Positions 40,764 to 49,613 of a DNA stretch of 64,000 nt are shown piece after piece. The position numbers and the translations under genes were made by a program. The DNA comes from a bacterium (GTDB lineage Bacteria; Patescibacteriota; Microgenomatia; Levybacterales; UBA12049). Position 1 is the first letter of the stretch. Every line of letters starts with the position of its first letter. The notes under the pieces were generated by a model. It was not told the DNA's origin. It saw nothing but the letters and a program-made list of their open reading frames with translations, and made no database searches. The DNA lies in NCBI GenBank assembly GCA_021813145.1, contig JAKALS010000003.1:6114-70113 (forward strand). Direction: 5' to 3'.

Positions 40764-40850
40764 CGGAGAGGGTGGGATTCGAACCCACGGTGGCATTGCT
40801 GCCACGATGGTTTTCAAGACCATTGCACTAGTCCGCTATGCGACCTCTCC
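40764..40850 (-). tRNA. tRNA-Ser (anticodon TGA)
   Basis: Hand fold: 5' half identical to Ser-CGA; anticodon stem ATGGT/ACCAT, loop CTTGAAA, long variable arm, T-loop TTCGAAT. Confidence 0.85.
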
Positions 40851-40904
40851 TTGCTTGACATTATAGTTTAACTTTGGCTTAAACGCTAGAGTTACGGGGG
40901 TAAT

Positions 40905-42311
40905 TTATCTGCCATTTTTAAGCGGGTTTATAAAATCTATACTTGTAAAAAGTAGTAAAAGTGCAATTATTCCCGCATTTTTTGTTCTGTCTTTCAATTT
41001 TTGAACCTCTGCTATTTTTTTCTTCCTTTCTTCAAATTTGTCATCGGTTTCTCCCTTTTCTTGTTTAGGCGCTTCTGCAAGAATACCGCTTAATGCTTTT
41101 TCCAAATTCCCAACCCTAAAAGCCTCTCTTATGGCGGTTGCATGTTCTGTTGTTATTTTTCCGGAAGAAAGAAGCTCCCAATACTCATTAGTTATTGTAT
41201 CTATACCTTTTCCACCCGTTAGATCAAATAGCATTTGAATCTCTTCAAGAGGAGCTTTTTGAGCTTGAAATCCCGTAAGCCTAAGGCTAACTTCTTCCTT
41301 TTGTTTTTCAAGCTTAAGCCTTAAATCTTCCGCTAAGCCTTCCCGCTCCAGACTTTTATCAATTTCTTCAAGAAGTTTTTTTGTCTCCTCGATGCTCTTA
41401 TTTGCGTTTGCCAGGTTTTGGGCTACTGTTTCGGGATCTATATCCTGTCCGCTTGTTATTATTTTCACAAGGGCTTGTCCGTCTATTACCGTTTTTCCCG
41501 CTGCGATTTCCCGGATTCCGGTCAAACTTTGTATTTGTGACTGCTCTTCCGGCGTTAATTCTTTTCCGTCTTCGGGTTTTGGCATCTGGGAGTCTATAAA
41601 CGCTTCGATATCGGAGCTTGTTATAAAACCGGCAGCTTGAGCTGCTTCTTCTATTGTTTTTTGTGTTTTATCTAAATCTACTCCCTCCCCGAAAAATTGT
41701 TCTTCCGCCCGCTGAGCATTTTCACCGTCCGAGAACTGTGATGCATAATATTCGAAAACTGTTTTTGCAGCTCCTTCAAATTCTCCGGAAATCCTTTCCT
41801 GTTCGGAAGCAACCTGTCCGTCAATAAGCCTGTCTATCGGGATCTCTAGATTTGCGCTGTTGTCCATTGACTGGACAATTCCTATTTCCAAACCGTTTTT
41901 ATTCGCAAAGCCTACAAGCCTTGTTACCCTAATTGTTGTTCCGGAGTCGGTTTTTACAAAAAGGGGTTTTCCTTTTGTTATCTCAATTGTGGTCGGCTTT
42001 TGGGTATTTGGATCTTTGAAGAAACTTCCCTCTCCGTCTCCGAGCGCTTTAGCATCTCCTCTCATCTCAACAAGCTTTTTAAGCACAATTATATGGCCTT
42101 GTCCGTCTGCTTCTAGTTGTTCGTCCGTTTTGGATGTTGCAGCCAAGGTTTCAACAAGCCTTCGGCCTACAATTTCGGCATCTTTTTTAGCTCCATTTAT
42201 CCAGTTTCTTTGTTCTTGTTGTTTTGTTGTTTCTGAAGGGAGTGGAGTAGGAGCTTGTTCTTGGTGGGCTGCCGTTTCGGAAGGAGGCAGCAACGGGCCT
42301 ATTTCACTCAT
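40905..42311 (-). CDS. acidic coiled-coil protein with C-terminal TM anchor (tail-anchored), hypothetical
   Basis: ORF extends to 42389 but probably starts at MSEIGPLL (~42311); C-terminus NAGIIALLLLFTSIDFI. Confidence 0.4.
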   Translation of the reverse strand: MSEIGPLLPPSETAAHQEQAPTPLPSETTKQQEQRNWINGAKKDAEIVGRRLVETLAATSKTDEQLEADGQGHIIVLKKLVEMRGDAKALGDGEGSFFKDPNTQKPTTIEITKGKPLFVKTDSGTTIRVTRLVGFANKNGLEIGIVQSMDNSANLEIPIDRLIDGQVASEQERISGEFEGAAKTVFEYYASQFSDGENAQRAEEQFFGEGVDLDKTQKTIEEAAQAAGFITSSDIEAFIDSQMPKPEDGKELTPEEQSQIQSLTGIREIAAGKTVIDGQALVKIITSGQDIDPETVAQNLANANKSIEETKKLLEEIDKSLEREGLAEDLRLKLEKQKEEVSLRLTGFQAQKAPLEEIQMLFDLTGGKGIDTITNEYWELLSSGKITTEHATAIREAFRVGNLEKALSGILAEAPKQEKGETDDKFEERKKKIAEVQKLKDRTKNAGIIALLLLFTSIDFINPLKNGR

Positions 42312-42359
42312 GAGATTATAGTAGTTGAAATATTTTGTCAAATCAACTAATAATAAATT

Positions 42360-45254
42360 ATGGCCGAGGCAACAGCAGCGGATGTTCATGTTATAACCGA
42401 GAAGGGACGTTCCCCGGTGGAGCCTTCAACTGGATCGCAACCGGCAGTTCAACCGGAGGGTCCGAGAGTCCAGATCCCAAGACACGAAGTGAGAGAAGGT
42501 TTAATGGGACTTCCTGCAATGGGTCCCGGAAATAGGAGCGTAACGGAAGGAGTACGACCCTCGGAAACGGTTGTTCTAAAATCGGAAGTTGTTACGGGTC
42601 TTCAGGATTTTGCTATTGCCTATGCGCAAAAATTAATTGACATGCAGGGTCTTGAGGTTATGGTAGGCGGAAATAAGGTAAATGCCTATGATGCCATGAA
42701 ACGGCAGCAGTCCGCCCTTGGCATCTCCTATTTAGAAGATGAAGCGCTGCTGGCATCTTTTACGGAGGATAATAACGGAAAAAGGCAATTAAAATCTCCC
42801 GATCAGGTAAGGGAAATTATTTCCTCTCATCCGCAAATGATGGAAAATATAATGGTTGTTGCAGAAAGATACGCAAGGGACACGCTGGCTGCCTTAGGGT
42901 TAAGGGCGCAGATGCAAAGACCCGGTTCGAGAACCGACCTCCGTGACGTAGCTGAAATTATTGATTTTCCGACGGACCAGGGAAAAGTGAGAGAAGTTCT
43001 GAATAGGCTAAGCGATGCTTTAAGAAAAAGAGAATCAAGCGGAGGAAGAATCGGGCCTAGAACTTCCCTGCGTGCCGCAATTGAGGACCTTGAGCCGATA
43101 GCCGCAGGAGGAGCAGCTTTTGGTGGCGTATCCGGCTTAATTGTCGGTGGAGCTCTAGGAAGCTTTCCCGGTGCAATAGCAGGAGCGCTTAAAGGAGCGA
43201 CGGCGGGCGCAGCGGGCGGAACAACTCTTGGGGCAACAGTCGGAAGAACATTTAGAGAGGGTCCAAGATTAATATTGACCAAGGACCAAGATATAGCGGG
43301 AGAGGCTGCTAGGGCCGGGGAAGATTTAAGAGCTAAATATTTATTGGATGTGGATCCGATACATCCCGAACGCTCGACGGCAGCGGGAGATGCAAAAAAC
43401 GAGGCTGTTGGAATAATAATGCTTAGATGGGAATATATGGCAAACCTTGGAGTACCAAGAGAAAGAATGGATGCGCTTTCCATAGATTTTTTAAACAATC
43501 CAGATGGTATAAGGCCAGAAGAGTCCAGGCTTAAGCTACAAAACGAAATTTTTCACCGATTTGAAGCGAATGGAGGGATGGCGGGAGGTCTTACTCCCAC
43601 TCAAAGGAGAGACATATATAGAAATTCACAGCAGGAGGCAATAATGGGAAGGTTTGGAGATTATTTTAGAGAAAGACAGCGGGAAGGAAGGGACAGGGGA
43701 CAACTTTTGGCAGATGCAATTACCGCAAGGGGAGAAGGCGGAACAGCTTTAAGATCGAGAATATCAGGAGCCGAGGAAGAACAGCAAAAACTTCAGGCGG
43801 ACAAAGCAAGCCTTGAGGGGAATGGGCAGTCAGTTGCCGGGTATAGGGGTAAAGTAAAAGAAGTAGAAACCGCGAAGTCGGATCTTTCGGAATTGGTAAG
43901 CAGAACGGTTGTTCCCGGTGCTGCCGCTTTTGCATCGGCGGAAGATGCAATAGGCGCAATAGAAAGGACAATTTCCGATACGGGGGGGCCTGCAAATATT
44001 ACAATTTTCCTCGACGGTCGAAGCCATAATATAGGAAATATTGCACAAAGGGAGCAGGCGGCAGATGCCGCTTTCGTAAGCGAACAGACAAGAATTGCAG
44101 GACTTCCTCCTAAAGCTCAGGATAAAGCAATAGAAGCAGCAAATAATATGTATGAGAGGAGAATGAGGCCTATACATGAAGATTCTCAAAAATTAGATCA
44201 GGCAATTTTAAAAATAAAGGAATTAAGTCAAAGGGCAAAAGCCCTGGAGGAGCATGCTTTAGCGTCTCCGGAGGTTACGGCGGGCGCTAAAATAACAGAG
44301 GATATTGCAGCTGCCGAAACAACTCTTACGGGATGGGGTATCCCTCAGACTACAATTGATGCCGGTGATTATGCGGCAATTTTAGCAGCGGTAAATACGC
44401 AGAATGCGGCTAATCCCGCTAACGGTTGGCCGGAAAGTGAAGACCGTGTTGCAGAAAATAGGCTTATGGTAAGAAGAGCAATCGTCCAGGCAAGGGCCAG
44501 AGAAGCAGAAAGGAATGATGCGGCTCTGGGGCCAATGGAAGCAGATTTTAACACTGTCCATGCAAGAGGTATAACAGTTGAACAGTTGACAATTTTAAAT
44601 TTAGACGAACTTGAGAGGAGAAATGTTGCCGCAGGCGCTCCGGTAGCCGGAGCAAGAGCGGAAGCTGAACGAGCCCAGGCTTGGGCAAAAGGAAAACTGA
44701 AATATTTAGAGGATTCCATTAAAGAAGAAAACAGCAGAATTCAAACAGCAGAATCGGCCCAGGCAAGAATTATCAGGAATGTCGATATGGCGACAGAGAT
44801 AGCCCAACTTACAATGGTAAAGGAGATATATGATAACAGAGGCAGAGTTAAATCAAAGGCAGCAGAGGCATACTTTTTGAGTGATCAAAGAGCCGTCCTT
44901 GAGGATGTAGGACACGTTACGGCAGGAAGAGAAGGGTACACGGCTGCGGAACAAGCTTCAAATCTTCCAAGGAACGTGTTGGAAGTTTTAAATATATTAA
45001 CCGATTATCAGAATGCCGCCGATAGAAACGGAGCTTTTCAGCAGATTTGGAAAAATCTGGGCTCTAACCCCGACCTTTTAATGACAAGACTGGAAAATGC
45101 ATTCGGAGTAAGAAGCAGAGATATTGATGCCTTTGCAAGAAGACTCAGGAATCAATTAAGAACAAGGGCTACAGCAGGCTCGGATTTTGGTAGAACGGTT
45201 GGCGAAAATGCCGTAAACGAATTTACTGAATGGGGGCTTAGTATAAGTACATGA
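42360..45254 (+). CDS. large Ala/Arg/Glu-rich hypothetical protein with glycine-zipper hydrophobic segment; compositionally atypical (higher G+C)
   Basis: 964-aa ORF; GGAAFGGVSGLIVGGALGSFPGAIAGALKGATAGAAGG segment; long helical A/E/R/Q-rich C-terminal half. True start uncertain (divergently overlaps 40905-42389). Confidence 0.45.
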   Translation: MAEATAADVHVITEKGRSPVEPSTGSQPAVQPEGPRVQIPRHEVREGLMGLPAMGPGNRSVTEGVRPSETVVLKSEVVTGLQDFAIAYAQKLIDMQGLEVMVGGNKVNAYDAMKRQQSALGISYLEDEALLASFTEDNNGKRQLKSPDQVREIISSHPQMMENIMVVAERYARDTLAALGLRAQMQRPGSRTDLRDVAEIIDFPTDQGKVREVLNRLSDALRKRESSGGRIGPRTSLRAAIEDLEPIAAGGAAFGGVSGLIVGGALGSFPGAIAGALKGATAGAAGGTTLGATVGRTFREGPRLILTKDQDIAGEAARAGEDLRAKYLLDVDPIHPERSTAAGDAKNEAVGIIMLRWEYMANLGVPRERMDALSIDFLNNPDGIRPEESRLKLQNEIFHRFEANGGMAGGLTPTQRRDIYRNSQQEAIMGRFGDYFRERQREGRDRGQLLADAITARGEGGTALRSRISGAEEEQQKLQADKASLEGNGQSVAGYRGKVKEVETAKSDLSELVSRTVVPGAAAFASAEDAIGAIERTISDTGGPANITIFLDGRSHNIGNIAQREQAADAAFVSEQTRIAGLPPKAQDKAIEAANNMYERRMRPIHEDSQKLDQAILKIKELSQRAKALEEHALASPEVTAGAKITEDIAAAETTLTGWGIPQTTIDAGDYAAILAAVNTQNAANPANGWPESEDRVAENRLMVRRAIVQARAREAERNDAALGPMEADFNTVHARGITVEQLTILNLDELERRNVAAGAPVAGARAEAERAQAWAKGKLKYLEDSIKEENSRIQTAESAQARIIRNVDMATEIAQLTMVKEIYDNRGRVKSKAAEAYFLSDQRAVLEDVGHVTAGREGYTAAEQASNLPRNVLEVLNILTDYQNAADRNGAFQQIWKNLGSNPDLLMTRLENAFGVRSRDIDAFARRLRNQLRTRATAGSDFGRTVGENAVNEFTEWGLSIST

Positions 45255-45625
45255 AAAACTTTGACATAAAAACAATAATTAATTTTCTTCCTTTTCCGAG
45301 TGATTTTAAACTCGATCTCTTGGAAAGGTATGAGTCAATGGGCCCGGATGAAAAAGCAAGAACCACGGATTTAATTTGGGAGGCGTTTTATTTAGTTTAT
45401 GACATCAAAATTAGAGAAAATTTTGATAAATTGCTTGCTGAGGTGGATGAAAAAGGAGAAAAACCGGATGAAAAGTTTTATGGGAAAGTTGTTGAAAAGA
45501 CAGATAAAGAAATAGAAGACGCGCTAACAAATTCTTCGGAATCAGTCGATTTAACAGAAGCCCGAAAAAGCATGGAGATGATAATAAAAGAAATTAACGC
45601 GTCTAAGGTTTCCCCAAAGAATTGA
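45251..45625 (+). CDS. small acidic hypothetical protein
   Basis: 124-aa ORF with start overlapping the stop of the upstream gene. Confidence 0.35.
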   Translation: MKNFDIKTIINFLPFPSDFKLDLLERYESMGPDEKARTTDLIWEAFYLVYDIKIRENFDKLLAEVDEKGEKPDEKFYGKVVEKTDKEIEDALTNSSESVDLTEARKSMEMIIKEINASKVSPKN

Positions 45626-47413
45626 TTATCTGCTGGTTCTTAGTGCGTTTATAATAACGGCAACGTCTATCGCTTCCTGCAAAAATGCTCCCCCGATGGG
45701 AGGGACCAAGCCAAAAGAAGCAAAAACCATACCTAAAATACTTAATCCTATTCCGAAAAATATACTTTGTTTTGCTATTGCAATTGTCCTTTTTGCGATA
45801 TTTAAGGATTCGACTACAAGGGAGAAATTTCCTCCCAGAAAAACAATATCGGCAGCTTCCGAGGCTGCGGTTTGTTCTTCGTTTGAAAAAACCATCCCGA
45901 CATCTGCGAGAGCAAGAGCAGGAGCATCGTTTATTCCGTCACCTACCATCGCGGTTACTTTTCCTTCTTTTTTGAGCTTTTGTATTCCTTTTTGTTTGTC
46001 TTCGGGCGTGCACTCGGCATTTATTACAACGTCAAGTCCCAGTTGTTTTACCATTTTTTCAGCAGCTTCTTTTTTATCGCCCGTGAATATATAAAGTTCA
46101 AATCCCCAGCTTTTAAGATTTTGTATTATTGTTTTTGATTCTTGTTTTACCTCGTCTTCAAATCTGAAAACTGCAAGAAGCGTTTTTCCTTCGTATATGC
46201 CTATAGACATTCCTTCTTTGCTTTCAAGTTTTGCCAGTTTGTATCTTTTTCCCTCAACGGTACCCATTATTCCCTGGCCCACCTTTTCTTCTATATTTTC
46301 AGCGTGTATTACTTTGGAGTGCTTATCTTTTGCAAAATTCACTATGGCTTTTGCCAGAGGGTGTAAAGAATTCCTCTCTATAGCCTCAGAAACCGCAAGA
46401 AGGTCAAGGTCTTTTTCTTTACTATTGTTTAGGAATTCAACAACCCTCGGTTTGCCCAATGTGATTGTTCCCGTTTTGTCAAAAATTAGAGCTTTTGCCC
46501 TGGATAATACTTCTACAGCGGCGAGCTTTTTGACAATTATGTTCTTTTTTGACGCCGAATTAACACCGCCTAAAAGAGCTATTGGTGTTGCGATTATTAA
46601 AGGACATGGAGTTGCAATTACCAAGACCGAAAGCGCTCTCGTTAAGTCGAAACCGGAAAATACATAGGCAAAAGCGGTAATGACCAGGGTAATAACGGTA
46701 AAAATACCGCTATATTTGTCGGCCATTCTTATAAAAGGGGATTTTTCATCCTGGGCTTTTTTTACAAGATCGATAATTTTCTTATAGCCGGAATCGGATT
46801 CTGCTTTTGTAACTTTTACTATTATCGCATCACCCACATTTACGGTTCCGCTTCTTATTGGATCTCCTTTTATTTTTTCAACAGTATAGGGTTCTCCGGT
46901 TAAGGAAGATTCGTCGGCAAACCCCGCTTCGGATTCGAGTATTCCGTCAAGGGCTATTACTTCTCCGCGCCGTACCAGTATAAAATCTCCTACCTTGACT
47001 TTTCCTATGCTTATTTTTGCACCGGCTTTTTTGTTTTCCCACAAAACTACCTGGTCCGGAATCCTTTCGGCAAGCTTTGTAAGGGATTTTTTAGCCTGCG
47101 CTATACCGTAATCTTCAAGCGTTCTTCCGCTTTCTATCATCAACGCCAGAATAGCGGCTACTATATACTCTCCTGTTATAAGAGAAACGGCAATTGCAAG
47201 AATAGCTATATAATCAAGAGCAAAATTCTTCTTTAAAAGGCCTTCTATGGATTCTTTTATAAGCCTGAAGCTGCCCAATAAAGTAACAACAACGGCAACT
47301 ACAACGGCAGGAAATTTAAAGCCAAGAAGCTCAAGGGCAATATAGACAAAAATTCCCACTAAAATAACAAGCGGGATTTTAAAAGTTTTGAGCAAGGAGA
47401 TCTTTTTGTTCAT
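45626..47413 (-). CDS. P-type ATPase (P1B-like, PCP transmembrane motif, no N-terminal metal-binding domain)
   Basis: DKTGTIT phosphorylation motif, GDGINDAPAL hinge, TPCPLIIATP in TM6. Confidence 0.8.
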   Translation of the reverse strand: MNKKISLLKTFKIPLVILVGIFVYIALELLGFKFPAVVVAVVVTLLGSFRLIKESIEGLLKKNFALDYIAILAIAVSLITGEYIVAAILALMIESGRTLEDYGIAQAKKSLTKLAERIPDQVVLWENKKAGAKISIGKVKVGDFILVRRGEVIALDGILESEAGFADESSLTGEPYTVEKIKGDPIRSGTVNVGDAIIVKVTKAESDSGYKKIIDLVKKAQDEKSPFIRMADKYSGIFTVITLVITAFAYVFSGFDLTRALSVLVIATPCPLIIATPIALLGGVNSASKKNIIVKKLAAVEVLSRAKALIFDKTGTITLGKPRVVEFLNNSKEKDLDLLAVSEAIERNSLHPLAKAIVNFAKDKHSKVIHAENIEEKVGQGIMGTVEGKRYKLAKLESKEGMSIGIYEGKTLLAVFRFEDEVKQESKTIIQNLKSWGFELYIFTGDKKEAAEKMVKQLGLDVVINAECTPEDKQKGIQKLKKEGKVTAMVGDGINDAPALALADVGMVFSNEEQTAASEAADIVFLGGNFSLVVESLNIAKRTIAIAKQSIFFGIGLSILGMVFASFGLVPPIGGAFLQEAIDVAVIINALRTSR

Positions 47414-47420
47414 TTTGGTG

Positions 47421-47510
47421 CGGAGGAGGTGGGATTCGAACCCACGCGAGCTTTTTAGAGCTCAAGGGTTTAGCAAACCCTCGCAATGGACCTAGCTATG
47501 CGACTCCTCC
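47421..47510 (-). tRNA. tRNA-Ser (anticodon GCT)
   Basis: Hand fold: acceptor GGAGGAG/CTCCTCC, anticodon stem AGGGT/ACCCT, loop TTGCTAA, long variable arm, T-loop TTCGAAT, discriminator G. Confidence 0.85.
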
Positions 47511-47534
47511 TTCTAGGTCCTCCAATTATACCAT

Positions 47535-48101
47535 TTAAAGGTCAAAATCGTATGAGTATATTTTACCCGGTGTGTGTTCAAAAGAGCACATTTCGTCCAC
47601 GGACAAGTGCTCAAAATACCTTCTCATTGGCCTAAGCGAATTTCCGTGAGCGGAAATAAAGACAACGTCGTTTTCTTTAAAGGTAGGAAGAACATCGTTA
47701 AGAAACTCAAGGACTCTTTTTTCCACCATCTGTATGCTTTCGCCTCCGGGCGGTGCAACATCGTAAGAGCGGTGCCAGAGCTTATAAAGTTCGGGATTCT
47801 CTTTTTCTACTTCGTCTTTATTTTTTCCCGTAAGATCTCCATAGTCCCTTTCCTTAATTCTTGCGTCCGTAGTTATTTCTACATTTTTATGCCAGGGGTT
47901 TAATACGAGATCAAGAGTATGCTGCGAGCGGATAAGATCTGACTGGTAAGCTTTTGTGACTTTCTCATTTTTCAGTTTTTCGCCTATACCCTTGGCCTCT
48001 TCCATTCCTTCGGAAGTTAAGTCCGTTTGCCTAAAACCGGAGAAGGTATGTTCTTTATTGTCGAGCGTCTGACCGTGGCGGAATATAAAGATTTTGGCCA
48101 T
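47535..48101 (-). CDS. histidine phosphatase (phosphoglycerate mutase family)
   Basis: MAKIFIFRHGQT RHG catalytic motif at the probable true start; ORF-track N-terminal extension to 48224 is unlikely. Confidence 0.75.
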   Translation of the reverse strand: MAKIFIFRHGQTLDNKEHTFSGFRQTDLTSEGMEEAKGIGEKLKNEKVTKAYQSDLIRSQHTLDLVLNPWHKNVEITTDARIKERDYGDLTGKNKDEVEKENPELYKLWHRSYDVAPPGGESIQMVEKRVLEFLNDVLPTFKENDVVFISAHGNSLRPMRRYFEHLSVDEMCSFEHTPGKIYSYDFDL

Positions 48102-48156
48102 AAAGCCAGTATATAGTATATTGTTTCCAGTATCCAGTATAAGCCAAACCTGGCAC

Positions 48157-48180
48157 GAAAAACCCCGCCTTAGGCGGGGT
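48157..48180 (-). terminator. rho-independent terminator of tmRNA
   Basis: Minus strand CCCCGCC-TAA-GGCGGGG followed by TTTTT immediately 3' of the tmRNA end. Confidence 0.75.
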
Positions 48181-48185
48181 AAGTG

Positions 48186-48555
48186 TGGAGATGTCCGAGA
48201 GTGACTCGGAGTCCAAGAAAACAATTTAAAAAAATTCTACAAGCTTATCCGGTTTATTAAAGTCACCCTGCTTCTTTCCAACCGGAGGGAAACGAAACAA
48301 AGCCAAGGTTTGATAAGTTCAAATAAGGAACAAACCCTTTTCCTTATTGTTCTCCCGGCTAAAGTTATGCCTTAAAAGTTCCACCGAGAAAGAGCTTAAA
48401 AGACAGATCGATAAGCTTAAGCATTTAATGCATAAGCGAATTGACCGCCAGAATATGAATTTCTAGCATTTATATTTTGATTATGTTTTACGGCTGTTAA
48501 TCAAAGCCGGCTTGCGTTTTTTAAAGAGCGAATCTTGTCGATGCGATGCATCCCC
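48186..48555 (-). ncRNA. ssrA: tmRNA (SsrA), ~370 nt
   Basis: Minus strand 5' GGGGAUGCAUCGCAUCGACAAGAUUCGC (cf. GGGGcUGauucuGGAUUCGAC). 3' end is GGAC-UCCGA-GUCACUC-UCGGA-CAUCUCC-A: a T-arm followed by an acceptor strand pairing with GGGGAUG including the G3-U70 wobble and discriminator A. Internal tag-like frame ends ...GGQFAYALNA-UAA. Adjacent smpB and its own terminator. Confidence 0.8.
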
Positions 48556-48599
48556 AATTGCCATGAATTATACCAAAATTGAATTCAAAATGTCAAGTT

Positions 48600-49040
48600 C
48601 TAGCCTCGGCTTCCAAGTTCATGTTCGAGCTCTCTTTGGATATCCTTTTTCTTTATGGACTGCCTTTTTTCATATTTTTTCTTCCCTTTTCCGAGTCCTA
48701 ACTCTACTTTTATAAAGTGGTTTTTTGTATATAGTGAAATAGGTACAACGCTCAGGTTTTCGCCCTCCATTTTGGACTTTAAAGACAGGATTTCTTTTTT
48801 ATGTAACAAAAGTTTTCTTGTTCTTCTCTCGTCGTATCCTTCGGTTCTGGCATTTTGGTAAGGAAAAACTTTAGAGTTTACCAGATATGCCTCGCTTCCT
48901 ATTATTTTTACAAAGCTCCCGCTGATATCTGCCTGTCCGAGCCTTATTGCTTTTACTTCCGAACCCGAAAGGTTTATTCCGGCCTCAAAACGGTTTGTTA
49001 TTTCGTAATCGTAAAATGCTTTTCTGTTTGTTATTTTCAT
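48600..49040 (-). CDS. smpB: SsrA-binding protein SmpB
   Basis: MKITNRKAFYDYEI...GINLSGSEVKAIRLGQADISGSFVKI typical SmpB; C-terminal basic tail. ORF-track extension to 49145 is unlikely. Confidence 0.88.
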   Translation of the reverse strand: MKITNRKAFYDYEITNRFEAGINLSGSEVKAIRLGQADISGSFVKIIGSEAYLVNSKVFPYQNARTEGYDERRTRKLLLHKKEILSLKSKMEGENLSVVPISLYTKNHFIKVELGLGKGKKKYEKRQSIKKKDIQRELEHELGSRG

Positions 49041-49118
49041 ATTTGAGCAACTCAATAATACCACATACTCAAATCTTCCTATTGCTAAAAGGAACTCTTT
49101 TAGATTATAAATATCTAA

Positions 49119-49613
49119 ATGGCATTCCCTGAAGCCCTTATTCATTCAGTCTCCCCGAACGAATACATGGATTTTCAGGTTCTTCTTGAGAACAAAAGAC
49201 AAACGGCTTTGGCTTTTTATCAAAAAAGTGAGTTTCCGGATATCCTCAAAAAAACGGAAGCTTTGCTTAACGGTTCCGTAATAGAGGGAAGGGAGGGCCT
49301 TGGAAGTGAGCTTATTGAAGACCTGGGCTGGCCTCTTTCGCAAGACAGCGTTGTATTCGGATTTTTTTGGGGAACGGACGACAGGTCAAGGGGCGAACAT
49401 TTAGACAGCGCAATAGGAATAGAGGTAATGCCCGACGGTACCATATACGTACACGGAGGCGGAATAGTCCTTGAAGGAAATATTGATGCCGAGGAGAGTT
49501 TTCCTTTTGGGACGTCTGTTCTTCCGCTTTCTTCATGGCGGGGGAACAGGGAGTTGCAGCTTAAAGCTTTTCAAAAAGCGTACGATTCACCGCGGATAAT
49601 TAATCAGGATTAA
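49119..49613 (+). CDS. hypothetical protein
   Basis: 164-aa ORF, no recognised motif. Confidence 0.35.
   Translation: MAFPEALIHSVSPNEYMDFQVLLENKRQTALAFYQKSEFPDILKKTEALLNGSVIEGREGLGSELIEDLGWPLSQDSVVFGFFWGTDDRSRGEHLDSAIGIEVMPDGTIYVHGGGIVLEGNIDAEESFPFGTSVLPLSSWRGNRELQLKAFQKAYDSPRIINQD

Noticed and set aside
40905-45254. Interpretation of the 964-aa A/E/R-rich protein and its neighbours as a prophage remnant (tape-measure-like)
   Set aside because: No capsid, terminase, portal, tail or integrase genes occur in the vicinity. Only a generic compositional resemblance is present.
47535-48224. Full-length 229-aa ORF for the histidine phosphatase
   Set aside because: Its N-terminal 41 aa would overlap the tmRNA terminator region and lack any fit to the family. 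The internal Met (MAKIFIFRHGQT) gives the canonical start.
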